Of a DNA stretch of 64,000 nucleotides, positions 12,564 to 26,456 are shown in pieces. The first letter of the stretch is position 1. Every line of letters begins with the position of its first letter. This stretch comes from Piromyces finnis finn (taxonomy: Eukaryota; Fungi; Neocallimastigomycota): contig MCFH01000030.1 of assembly GCA_002104945.1 (NCBI GenBank), positions 248,001-312,000 of the forward strand. Reading direction: 5' to 3'. Made by a program: the position numbers and the translations under genes. Under the pieces are notes generated by a model. That model searched no databases. It was given only the letters and a program-made list of their open reading frames with translations, and was not told the DNA's origin.

Positions 12564-14085
12564 AGAAAAAAAAAAATCTTTTTTCTATAAATCTCTTTTT
12601 TAATTATAATAGAAAATCATTATAATATTTATGATTTATATTAAAAAAAAATTATTGAAATAATAATTCATAATAAAAATAAAATACCAATACTAAATAA
12701 TAATAGAAGTAGTAATTTATATCAAAAAATTATATTATAATGATACCAATACTAATAAATCATCATTATTATCATTATTGCTATATAATAATAATAAAAA
12801 AAAAAGAAATCCTAAGAAATAAGGAATTATTTATAATAGTTAAAATTCAAATATATTAACTATATATATATTTGAAGGCCATTTTATTTTAAATCCATCA
12901 TTTTTTATTATTTCCTTTATGAAAAATATTAAAATTTTTAAAATTTTTTTGATCATAAATGAAAAAGTACTAAAGTTGATGAAAGGTTTAGTATTATTAC
13001 TATTGAATTTATTATTACTATCATATGTACATAATAAATGTTTTCACTGAAGTTTGTTTTATTAAACTTTGTTTTCGAAATAACTAAGCATTATTATAAT
13101 AAAAACATATTCCTATATTATAATAAATACTAATATTGCTGTTCCTTTTCTTAAAAAACTATTAATCTTTTATATAATTCTATATATGACTATTGTTAAT
13201 AAAGGAATGAAGAAGATGAAAATATATTAATATCTATATATATAATCATTAATGATAATACTCTTTCATTCTTCCTATTAATGTTATTTTCAAAAAATAT
13301 TTAATAAATGTTTAATTTTTTTTAGTTCACCAGTAAATCAAATTTAACACAGAAAATATGCAATTTAAAAAAACTCTTAATATAATTCTTTACTATTAAA
13401 ACCATTACTTTAATATATAAATAATATTTATTGTTATAATTCATTATTTAAAAGTTGAAATACAAAAAATTATCATAATTAGAACCATAAAATCTCATTA
13501 AAAATATTACTTTTATTTAAATAATAGTAGTAATATTTCTATTTATCTTGTTTATAATATAAAATTTTTATAATATTTTTAAATTTAGTCTTAATAATTA
13601 ATTATTTTTCAAATACTTTTTCCTTTATTTTTTCTTTAATTCCTAAATAGACTCATATTAAAATTATTTATAACTAAATTAATATGCCAAAAAAGGAAAG
13701 TTTTAAATTGCTTTTTTTTTCATGTTTATTTTTTTTTATCCTATTAATTTAGAGATGCATTTTATTTAGAAATAGATTAAAATTTAATACAATTATAATA
13801 GATTAATTTATTTAATCCTATATTACAATCTAATCAAATTTATATTATAAATAAATTAATTAATTTATAAAGTTATTGAATTATTTTCATTTTGGTAAAT
13901 ATTTACATAATATATTATTATAATAAATATATATTAATTATATATAGTCATAATATAAACCACAATATATTATTTTTAATTTTTAATATTTTATTTTATT
14001 TTTTCCATTCATAAATGATTTTATAATAAATAAACTTTTTTTTAAAAGAGATTAATCCATATAAAGATTCACAAGAATTTATCAT

Positions 14086-14220
<135 letters not shown>

Positions 14221-14804
14221 ATTATATTTTATTATTATATTTATTATAATAAATTTTGAAATAAAGATGAAATATGATTTTATTATATTTACATGAACAA
14301 ATAGAAATAAAATTTATTAAGATAAAATAAAATAAAAAAATTGTTTTTTATGTTCATTTTTTTTTCTTCTTATTTATACTTTTACATTATTTTGCAATTG
14401 TATAATTAATAATAGGAAATTATAAAAAAAAATTCACTGAGAAAAATTAAATTTAGAGAAATTTCACATTAAAAAAAATATTGGTAATATAAACTATATA
14501 TTAAAATTCATGTTATAAATGTTATTAATGTTCAAATATATTTATACTTTATAAAACAATTTTCTTTTTATATAAGACTTCTTAGTTGGTAATACAGAAT
14601 CATTTAAATTCTTAAAAGGCCTTTTTTTTTTTTTTTTTTTTTTCTATCTTTTAAATAATAACAAAATATTGTATTAAATTACAAAAATTTTTTAAAAGAT
14701 TTTTTAAAAAAAAAAGGCTATATTAAATATTGTAAATTATTTTAATAGCAAGTCGAGAAAATAAAATCAATACAATTTATTAATAACAATTTAATATTTT
14801 CAAA

Positions 14805-16650
14805 ATGTCAACAAGTGAACAACCAGAAATTAATGTAACCACAATTCCAGTATCTTTCAATGAAGAAGATGGTACTGATTCAGAATCTGATTCTTTTGTT
14901 TCAATGTCTTCCGCTTCTTCCAATTCTGTAATTGATGATAGTACAAATCAAGATGATAAAGAAGAAAAGGAAGAACAATTAAAATTATTAAAATTACAAA
15001 AAGAACAACAAGAAATGAGAAAAAAAATTATGGATGTTCAAAGAGACCCAAATCTTACTGAATCACAAAAAGCAAAGAAAATTCAAGTAATGATGCATAT
15101 AATTTTTATATATATATATAATTTTATAAAGAATTGAGTATAGATAAAATATTCTATAAAGTATTTAAAAAAATAAATACAAAAATTTTATAACAGAAGA
15201 TAAATTAAATTATTAAAATTTATTTATTACTTTCAATAACATGTAAATCCATAATAATAGGAAATTATGACTTTCCAATATAAAACTATTAAACACATTA
15301 ACACTCATTTAGAACATAAAGATATTGATTTAGATTCACCTTTAACTGATGAGGATAAGGCTCCTACTTATAATGTATTTATATTATTTATTTTTTTATA
15401 TTGCTTTTTCAATATACATACATGAAAATGAAATTTGTGAAAATAAAATTATAATAAAAATTCTTTGTTGAAAATGTATATTAAATTTCAAAATAATTAC
15501 TTTTTTCTATAGGATGAAGAAAATAAAATATTAGGTTGTAAACATTATCAAAGAGCTATCAAGTTCCAAGCTAGCTGTTGTGGTAAATGGTTTACTTGTC
15601 GTTTCTGTCACGATGCAACCTCTGACCATGAAGTTGATAGGTAAATTTAATATTAATTCTATGCATAATATTTTATATTGTATTTTTGATATATACTGTA
15701 GTATAGTTTTTTTTTTAATATATTATAATAATATTAATTTACATATTATTTATTTATTCATTAGAAAAAAAACCACTAGAATGATGTGTATGTATTGTAA
15801 TACTGTCCAACCAGCTGGCCAAAATTGTATCAATTGTGAACGCTGTTTAGCCAAATATTATTGTGATAAATGTAAGTTATGGGACAATGAGCCAAGAAAG
15901 AGCATTTATCATTGTGATGATTGTGGTATATGTAGAATTGGAAAAGGTCTCGGTGAAGACTATTTCCATTGTAAAAAATGCAATGCTTGTTTAGCTATCA
16001 GTTTAAAAGACAATCATAAATGTATTGAACGTAACTTAGAAAGTAACTGCCCAATTTGTGGTGAATATATGTTTACATCTACATCTATTGTTATATTTAT
16101 GGTAAGAAAATAATATTTGTTATTTTATATAATGTATTATTTCAATTTCCAGTTTACCAATTTTTTAATTCATTATTATAATATAAATATATTTCTTTTA
16201 AAGCCATGTGGTCATTGTATTCACTATAAATGTCACCAAGAATATATCCAAACTAATTATCATTGTCCAACTTGCTTCAAATCTCTTGCTAATATGAATG
16301 AGTACTTTAGAAGAATTGATACCATGCTTCAACAACATAAAATGCCACCTGAATATGAAAACTGGCATAGTTATATTTTATGTAATGATTGTGAAAAAAG
16401 AAGTTATGCTAAATATCACTTCTTATATCATAAATGTGCCTATTGTTCAAGTTATAATACGAAGGTTTTAAAAACATATGAAACCAGTAAATCAATCCCA
16501 TCTATCACTGATACTATTGCATTATCTACAAATACAGATGAAAATGAACATTCCAGTGAAAATGCAAATGATGCTTCAACCTCAAATGAAAATAATGAGA
16601 ATAACGGACAAAATTCAAATAACGAAAATACCACCACTAACGAAAACTAA
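14805..16650 (+). CDS. RCHY1: RING finger and CHY zinc finger protein (Pirh2/RCHY1-like E3 ligase), 5 exons
   Basis: Exons approx. 14805-15086, 15260-15373, 15513-15640, 15766-16101, 16204-16650. CHY domain LGCKHYQRAIKFQASCCGKWFTCRFCHD; CPICGEYMFTS...PCGHCIHYKC...CPTC RING; C-terminal zinc ribbon LCNDCEKRS...LYHKCAYCSSYNT. Confidence 0.95.
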
Positions 16651-17323
16651 ATTAAATAAATTATATATTAATAACATCTGAAAAAAATACTTTTTAATAA
16701 AATATTAAATCCATCAATAATTGTTTTTTTTTTTTTTTTTTAATAATTATTATTTCTTAAATCATTTATAATAATTTAAATGTAATTTTATCTATAAAAA
16801 AAGAAGAAAAAACTGTAAAAAAAAAATTATTTAAATAATTTATACACATTTATTTAAAATTTAAATTATATTACTGTTTAATTAAATAAATTTAAAATAA
16901 TAATATTCAAACTTATGTTGTATTTCTTTTTTTTTTTTTTTTTTTTTTTTAATTATAAAATATTAACAAAAACAAAATTCAATTATTAACTATCAAATTA
17001 AATTAAGTTATTTAAATAATTATAAAAAATACTATTAAGAGGAATTATATAATAAATTTAATAGAATAGCAAAAAAAGAAAAAAAGTTTAAATTCTCAAG
17101 TATAATAATTATTATTCTATCAATAAACTTTTTTTAATTTATTATTCATTACAATGTCTTGTTTTTTTATTATAAATAAAAACGTTTTTTTTTTTTTTTT
17201 TTTTTTTTTAATTATATAGTGTAAATCTTTCTTATTTTAATATAGTTAATGTATTAAAATTTAGTGAATATTAAAAAGATAAAAATTTATTAAATATAAC
17301 TTTTTTAGAGTAATCATATAAAA

Positions 17324-17371
17324 ATGAGTGATATAAAGAGTGCTATAAATAATAATATAAACAATAATATA

Positions 17372-17432
<61 letters not shown>

Positions 17433-19048
17433 TTAACAATATAAATAACAACAACAATAATAATAATAACAATAATATATATAATCATTATTACAACAAC
17501 AGTAATAATAACAACAACAACAATATTAACAACATCAATTCTTGTAGTATTTGTAGTAATTGTAATAGTGAAAATTTAGTAAACATTAATGACAAAATCC
17601 AAGTACTTCAAACTCGAGAAAAATCGCTTATAGATCAAAGAATTTTATTAGAACATGTATTAAAGAAACTTATTGAAGAAAAATCGTTAGCTGCTGTTAT
17701 GCAAGCTAATCGTTTTTTTTTAAAACCTTATAGTGTTACTATTCAACAAATTAAAAAGCAAATAAAAGAAATGAACGATGAAATAGAAGATATTGACAAC
17801 TTATTAAAAAATGAATATTATAATCAAGGGTATAATGGAAAAGAAATTATTAATATTCCATATAACTATTCTTATTTACAACAAAAACAATTGAATTGCT
17901 CTATAATTAATTCTGTAATAAAATGGTATTCTAAAATATGTAGTGCTTTACTTTCGTTCAATAATTTAAATTTAGACTCATGGTATCAAGGAATAAATTC
18001 AATTCGTAAATGTTTGAGTTGTATTGGACGTATTGAATTAGATATTATTCATTTTGATAAATATAAAAATAATTCAGAATGTACATGCATTTTCTCAAAA
18101 AATACAAATAATAAAAATGAAGAAGCCAATTCAAATAAAAATAACAATAATTCATCTAATAATTTAAATGGAAACAAAAATAACGAAGGATTGAAAAAAT
18201 CCTATAATGATATTTCATTTAACCTTGAAAATAATATTAATAATATGAATAATGCAAAACTTTATAATTTTAATATGAACGAATCACATAACAGTACAGA
18301 AGGTAATTTATAATAAAATATTAATTTATTTTTTTTTAAAAAAACAATATAAATAGTATACAGGAAATTTATTATTTTTATATTAATATTTTTACTATTA
18401 CATTATATTAATATTTAATCAAAAGAATATACTGATCCAGTAGCAGTCCATCCTTATTACTCAATATTTTTAGAAATATATACAGAACAAATATTAAAAG
18501 CATTATGTTTAATTTCTAAAGCTCTTTTCTTTCACCTTTTTGAAAAACAAAATCAATTATCATCATCAGAAATAAATAATATTTTTACTGTGTATATATC
18601 AGCTATTGACACAATACAAGGATTATATTTATTAAATCAAGGAAATAAAACTAAATTAAATAATAATGAAATTATTACTCTATTAGTTAATACTTTAGAT
18701 ATTAGTGGAAGCAGTTCATTAAAAATTATTGTAATAGAAGCATTACAGGTGATTTCCATATGTTGCAAAAATACAATGCATCTTATTGAACAACTACAAG
18801 GAATAAATAAATTAGTTAGTTTACTAAAAAGACGTGATACAGATGAATATGTTCGTTTAAAAATTATTGAATTTTTATATATTTATTTATCAAATGAGTC
18901 ATGCGAAAATAATGGAGAAATCGTCAATAGAAAAGATGTAATATCTAAATTACTTGGTTCAACTTTTGTTAATAAATTATCTAAAGAAAATGATCTAAAG
19001 AAAATATTTGGAAATAAAGGACAAGAAAATATTTCTCTAATATCATAA
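17324..19048 (+). CDS. Septation initiation network component Cdc14 (S. pombe type, not the phosphatase) with poly-Asn N-terminal extension; one intron 18303-18425
   Basis: GT-AG intron joins the 329-aa and 152-aa ORFs in frame. The C-terminal part has DTIQGLYLL, IEQLQGINKLVSLLK and VRLKIIEFLYIYL, matching the fungal CDC14 SIN family pattern. (AAT)n poly-N tract at ~17378-17530. Confidence 0.75.
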
Positions 19049-19177
19049 AATTAAAGAAGAAGAAAGAAAAAAAATATGATTTTCTTATATATTATCATTA
19101 TTACTAAATAATATTAAAATATAAAAAGTTCTAGATTTATATTTAGTTCAAAATACCAATTTATAATTTAATAAGAA

Positions 19178-19364
<187 letters not shown>

Positions 19365-21395
19365 TTAATAAATGAAAAAAAAATACAAATAGCTAAAAAA
19401 AAAAAAGGTATCTTTAAAATAACATTTAATATATTTTTTATGTTAATTATAAATAAATATTCTTTTTTTTTTTTTTCGTATATATTCCGTTTTTACTGTG
19501 ATAATTTTTTTTAGTTTAAAACATTAAATTTCAAAATTGTTACACAGAATATTTTTTAGGTTGGTTAAAAATATGCAGTAATCATAAAATAACTAAAATA
19601 TAATTCTTGTTATAAAATATATATTATAATTATGATAAAGAGAATTATATGTTAATTATTGAACCTTTTAAAACATATATGCACCTTTTTAATAAAAATA
19701 GGTTAATAATTTTGTTTCAATAAATATTTTCAAAATGAATGGTATCAAACTTTAGATATTATTTTTATTTAACCTTAACATTCAAAATAAACTTTATACA
19801 TTTTTTAATATAAAATTTTAAAAGATTTATATTTAGTATTATACTCTTTAAAATGATATTTTATTATATTTTTAAATTAACATATCTTTCTATAATTACT
19901 TTTAAAAGTAATATTATTTTAACTATATTTGTATGTGTGTAAATAAATATTAATTCTTCATTATTATTGTCTCTAAAGAGAAAAAACTGTTGAGCTTTAT
20001 TTGTTTTTATTGTTTAGAAATGAAATACAAGAACTCAATAATATAAATATTATAATAAATATATACATTGATGTACTTTTATTTTTTTTTAATAATAATT
20101 AAAATTATTATATAAATTATAAACTTTTATAAATTTAAATTGTATTAAAAATACTTTTTTTTAATATGACAATTTTTATAATAAATTAATTTTTTAAAAA
20201 AGAAAAAAGTATTTAATTATATATAATTATATATATATATTTTTTTATTATTTACTTTCAATTAAATTTATTATTTTTTTTTTACTTTCGTAAAAGTGAA
20301 TTGTTAATCTTTGTTGAGAACATTATATATAATAAACATTCACTATTAGAATATAAAATTTATTTTTTTTTTAATTAAAGTTATTAATTTTTAGACAATT
20401 TATTAAACTAATTTTTATTTAAATTCGAAATCATATAAATATAAACCAAAAATTAATTTTCTTTTTATTATTAAAAAAAAATAAATGCTATTTATATAAG
20501 AAAAAATAGATAAAGGTAATTTTTCAACAAATTCAGAATTAGAATATACTTTATAACACAATAATGAAAAGTTGAATGATCCATTGAGTAGATAATAAAC
20601 AACAAGTATATTGATAATAAAAACGAACAACTTATACTTAAATAAATAAAAAGACAAAAGAAGTAATATCAAATTGTTTATTTTATTTTACCAAAAAAAT
20701 ATATATATATATATATTCCAGTAAATAAATATAATAAATGAATTAAGCCTTTTAAATTTACTAAATAAATATAAATATATATAAAATATATTATATTTAA
20801 AATAAAATGAGAAAGGCTTTAAAAGTAACTTTAAACTTCAAATACTTGAAGATTTGAAGTTTATAAATCAACTATTTTATTATAATGAACTAATTAAACC
20901 AATATTATGAACGGTTGAATAATTTTAAAGTACAAAATATTTATAAATAAAAAAAATAAAATAAAATTATACCAAAAATCTATTATAATTAATATAATAA
21001 TAAAAGAAGAAAAAAGGAAAAAGAAAGTATATATATATAAAACCAAGAAAAGTATATAGTTATGAAAAGTATGGAAATAGATATACATAATGAAAATAAT
21101 GAAATAATGGAAATATATTAAAAATTTAAACATACATTATTATGTATTTAAAATATTTATTATTAAAAATTAACATGTCCTCAATTAAGGGAAAATATAA
21201 AATTAGACCATATTATCAAAAATAAAAAATTTATGTTTTTTATTAGAGTTATTTACAATTATATAATATATTTGAAAATAATTGATATTAGGAAATAAAC
21301 TTTAGATATATTTATTTAGATTTTTTTTTTTTTTTTTTTAATATATATTATATTCATATTAATAAAATATCCTTTTTTTTTAATATATAAAGATA

Positions 21396-22883
21396 ATGTC
21401 CTCAGATTCAGGTATAGATATATTTCTTAAATTAAATTATATTCTATCTTTTTTATATTATTCTTTATATCGGTCGGTGTTGATATAATGTTATTAATTA
21501 ATAATATTGATAATAAATAAAACATAAATAGAAAAGGATTTACAAGCTTCAATTAAATTTGAAGACTATTTCAAACCAGAAATTTATGAAATTAATGAAG
21601 AAGCTGAACTTTTAAGACAAAAAGTGAAGGAAGAACAACCTTCAGAAGTAATAAATATATTTTATATTTATAAAAAAATTTTTTTTATTACTTTTTTTTT
21701 TAACTCATTTTATATTATTTTAACTTTATTATCAAAAAATAAAATAACTATTTATATATATAATAGTTGGAAGGTAAATATATATAGTCTCAAATAAAAA
21801 TAATAGAAAAAAATATACTTTAATTTTGGCAAAATATTGTATATCTAATAAATATTATAAAATATAAAATAATTTAAAATATTTAATAACTAAAGCTATT
21901 CATTTTTTTGTTTTCATATAATAGTGAGAGATTTTGCTTATCCTTCAAAAGACCCAAAACATTGGGGTTTAAAATTAGAAGTAAACTTGGAAGAATCAGA
22001 TATTTCATCAGAAGATAATGATTCAGAAATTGATTTCTCCAGTTTTAGTCAATGGGATAATGGTATTTATGTACCTTTTGTTGATATAGATGTTGAAAAA
22101 TTCTTTGATAGTGTTGAAAAAGCTAAACTTATTGAGTATGCTTTTGAAAAACAACAAAAGAATAGTGAGAATAGTGAAAGTCATAGAGGTTCACAAGAGT
22201 TCCATGAAAGTGATTTTGTTAAAGATGAAAGTAGATTAAACTTAGATAAATTAAAATTAAAGATATATAACGCTAAATCTTTATTTGACTTCCGAAAGGA
22301 AACAGAATGGGAAATGTCATTAAATGAAGGTGAAACATTATTTTTAATTGCAACCGAAGATCCAGAAGAAGAAATAGATATTCCAGAGGATTTAAAGAAT
22401 GAATTAAAGAATGATATGAACCAAAATAAAAGTGAAGAATTAAAAAAAAATGAAGTAGAAAATAAAAAGTATGAAAATAATTTAACTTCATTAGTATCCC
22501 AAGTAGAGAACTTAAAAACTGAAGAAGCTAATCTTCAGAGTACCGATAGAATTGGTAGTATTGATGATTTAAATAACGAAGAAGATGAAGATGATCCATT
22601 AACTATTTTATCAAAATCATATGATTTCCCACATCCAGTCGATGTTGAAATTCGTCCACATGGATTCTATTATGATTTATTACAATATATTGAATCTAGT
22701 AGTGATTATGGTAATGGTTGGGTATTAGGTATAAAGGCAAAAATTAGATGTAGAAGAAGATTTAAGAATAAAAAGAGATTAAGAAAAAAGCGTGCTATTA
22801 AAATGAAACTTAGAATTATAGATATTGGATTGATACCCGAAAACTATGTAGAAGTTTGTTCAGATAGTGAAAATGAACTATAA
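21396..22883 (+). CDS. NBP2: Nbp2/Skb5-like SH3 adaptor; exons 21396-21411, 21532-21647, 21767-21773 (7-nt microexon), 21925-22883
   Basis: All introns are GT-AG and phase-consistent. VRDFAYPSKDPKHWG matches the Nbp2 N-terminal motif (yeast IKDYAYADSNPLHYG, from memory). SH3 elements AKSLFDF, EMSLNEGE, GNGWV and GLIPENYV are present but separated by insertions. Confidence 0.75.
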
Positions 22884-23798
22884 AATAATAATTAAAATAA
22901 ATTTTATGAAAAAAAAAATAATTAAAATCTATTCTATAAGAAAAAAAAATAATCCTTAGAAAATAAAAATAAAAAAGGTAAAAGATATATAAATTAAATA
23001 AAAAAAAAGAGAAAAGAAAAATATATTTTTTTTAAAAAAAAATAACTTTATAGTTTTTACTTTTTTTTTTTTTTTTTTTTTCATATTTTCTACTTAATAT
23101 GTTTTGAATAGACATATATGTATATTAAATAGAATAAAATAAAAAAAAACCTGAATAACTTTATGTTTTATATACATCAATATTAATTTTTATTAGAAAT
23201 AGATAAGATTAAATTCAAAATAATATAATAATAAAGAAATAAACATAATAGTATTAATAATTAATAAATTATATATATTATATAAAGAAAATAAGATAAA
23301 AAAAAATAAAAGATGAAATGAACATCTTTTATATGATGTCAAGAAATATATCAAAAAAAATAAAATAAAATAAAAAAAAGTAAAATGATAAATAAATAAT
23401 TAAATAACAATAACAATAATAAAAAAAAAACTTTGGTCATTTGAAATTACTATATTTTTTAAAAAGTAAATTCAAGAAAGAAAAGAAAAAAAAAATTAAA
23501 TATTTATTTAAAATATTCATAGTATCAATATTTAAAATACTTTGATATAGATATATATTTCATATTTATTCCGTCTATTGTATTTTTATATAGCGAAGTG
23601 TATTTACTTCTTCATTTATTAATTTAAAATTTTCTTTTTCTTTCTTTTTTTTTTTTTTTTTATAATTTAATGTATTTAAATATAATGATTAATAATGAAT
23701 AATATATCTTATAAATAATTGAAAAAAAAATAATGTAATATACATATGTATGTTAATGCTTTTTTTTTTTTTTTAAGAAAATTAATTTTTTAATTTCA

Positions 23799-26456
23799 TT
23801 ATATTCTTCTTTTTGGAGGATACATAGTAGATGGTAAAGTTTCTGGTAAAGCAGTACCAGAGTTTGCTAATTCACATAATCTCATAGCAATACAGAATTC
23901 ATCACGATCTAAATAACCATCTTTTGTTATATCAGCTAATACCCAAATCTATTTTAATAATAATTATACAATATAATAATTAATAATGAATAATAAATAG
24001 ATTTTATTTAGTTTTATTGTTTTGTTACTAACCTTTCCTAAAACTTTTTGATCTAAACCGGTTTCTTCTAAGATAGGCTTAGCTGTAGTACCACTCAATA
24101 ATTGATTGATTGTATTTAAACTATTGAATTTTTCAGTATATTTAGATTTATCAAAGGAATCCCATTCAAATATATGTTCACCACGATTCATATCATCAGT
24201 AGTTTCGAATGGGTTCTTCATAATTTCTGGAACCTTTGCATTTCCTTGTGGGAAATCATTCATAATCTTTGGCATATCTACTGTAAGAACCTATTAAAAT
24301 TTCAAAAAAAAATTAATAAAATAAAATAATAGATAAAATTAATAATAAAAAACATATAATTGAATTGTATTATTATTTAATAAAATAAGTAAAAACATTA
24401 AAAATAATATTTTTAAATATTTTATTAATATATATTATATGATAATATATACTTCATCAATAGTAGCCATTTTACTATTACTATATTTATTGAATTTATC
24501 GAAATTATGACTTTTTAATTTTTCTTGAAATTCTTTACAATCTGGGAAATCACTTGGAGCTAATCCATGAATTTGTTGAAGCTTCTTAAAGATTTCTGGT
24601 AAATTATCGATTAATCCTTTTTGTTTAGAATCTTTTTTAAACATTGATGGCATTTCTTTCTTTAATTGTGATATGATAAGTGCATGAACCTTAGCTAATT
24701 TCGCACGTTTAACCATTTCATTGACTTTTCTAATGGCTGCGTTTCTTGGAAGGACTCTCAAATCTTTTAATAAATCTTCTTCTTCTGCCTTAAGTAAAAT
24801 TTCACAATCCTTACATCTTAATTCTTCATCCCAGAAACTACCAATATAAACACGACATACTTCTGGAGTATTTAAAACTTTTCCTAAGGACCACATTAAA
24901 GCACCATAGCTATTTTTTTTTTATTTATTATTATATTTAATATGATTTTTTTAATTTATATTCATAGGTTATCAATTGAAATGAAATTTTTATTTGTATC
25001 AATGATTAACATTAAATATTATTTATAAATAGATAGGTAAATGTTTAAATTGATATAATAATTAATACTATTAATGAGTTTATAGTTAATTATAATGATT
25101 TAAATACAATTTATATAGAAGAACTAATATTTACACTCTCATTAATTGTTGACCATTAACCATATCAGCCTTATTAAGAATAACTCTCATTTTATCTTCA
25201 TGACCCTTTAACATATGAATAACAGATTTAAATTCATCAGAAATATCTAACTTGTGGGCATCAAATAATAATAAAATCAAATCTGCTCTTTCGGCAAACC
25301 ATTTTGCTACTTCCGGATAATCATAAGCTCTTCCAATTGATTGTTTTTCACCAGATAAAACACCAGGTGTATCAATTAAAGTAATATTATCTAATATTGG
25401 AGAATTAACTTCGGAAATCTTTTATTAATTTTTGATTTTAATATTAAAAATTTTTGAAAAATAGAAAGATAAATAAATTATATAATATATATATATATAA
25501 ATAATAAAAAATAAGTATCCACGAAATTTAGTTCTTAATTATATATATATTCATTTATTGATATTATATATTATTTTTACTTGGAATTTGTTTAAAAAGG
25601 CTTGACCAAATCTATTAAGAGCAGTAAATGGTAAGTCTGTTGATACAGCCGCAGCTGAACCTGGAATAATTCTTAATTTATAAATAATATTCAGTATTAT
25701 TTATAAATAATCATTATTGCTGTATTAAATTGATAAAATGTTTATTAAATTTAATTATTTTACCTATCTTCCTTATTTCCTATAATAGCAAAGAAACCAT
25801 CAGTCTATAATATAATATTCATAATTTTATAATATACAAATTTAAAATAATAATATATTATTTTTAATATATAAGTAAATAATTAATAAGTAATAAATTA
25901 TGCATATAATTTATAACTAGATAAATATTAATTACAGTTGGTTCCGGACCAATATGACAACCTGGAAAATCACGGTCTAATATATATTTGATCTATATAA
26001 TAATGTTTTTTATTTAATATAATTATTATATTATCAAAAAAGAAAGATAATTTTTAAAAAAAAAAAAAATAAAAATAAAAGTTTAAGAAAATTGTTTATA
26101 TTAAAAGAAGAAATTTACAAATGTGGTTTTTCCCACAGAATATTGACCAAGAAGTAAAACAGATGGTTTAGCAGAAATATCAGCATCAGTTAATGGTGGA
26201 GAATGGAATGATTCAAATAAATAATGTTCTTCCAATGGTAAAATTTTATCCTTTTAATAATCGTATAAAAATTTTTTAAATTATCAATAATATTATTGTT
26301 TAGTTTTAAAATAATCATAGAATGAAGAATTTTTATCTTATAAATATATCTTATGATTACTTTATAAATTCTTTTTAAATTTTCAACAGCTTTTGAAAAT
26401 TGGTTTTGTTCTAAATCATCTGTTTCAACTTTTTTATTTTTGTCCTTTCTAACCAT
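23799..26456 (-). CDS. EHD1: EH domain-containing dynamin-like ATPase (EHD1/PAST-1 family), about 10 exons
   Basis: P-loop LLLGQYSVGKTTF, HIGPEPTTD, IDTPGVLSGEKQ, LLFDAHKLDISDEF, RVILNKAD, WSLGKVLNTPEVCRVYIGSFW, C-terminal EH domain (IWVLADITKDGYLDRDEFCIAM); stop at 23799-23801. Confidence 0.95.

Noticed and set aside
17261-17488. Poly-Ile minus-strand ORF
   Set aside because: Antisense of the (AAT)n poly-Asn tract.
20415-21133. Hydrophobic F/I/L/Y ORFs 20415-20672 and 20894-21133 (similarly 9569-9751, 39546-39806, 51224-51406)
   Set aside because: Composition expected from AT-rich non-coding DNA; no splice-consistent model or motif.
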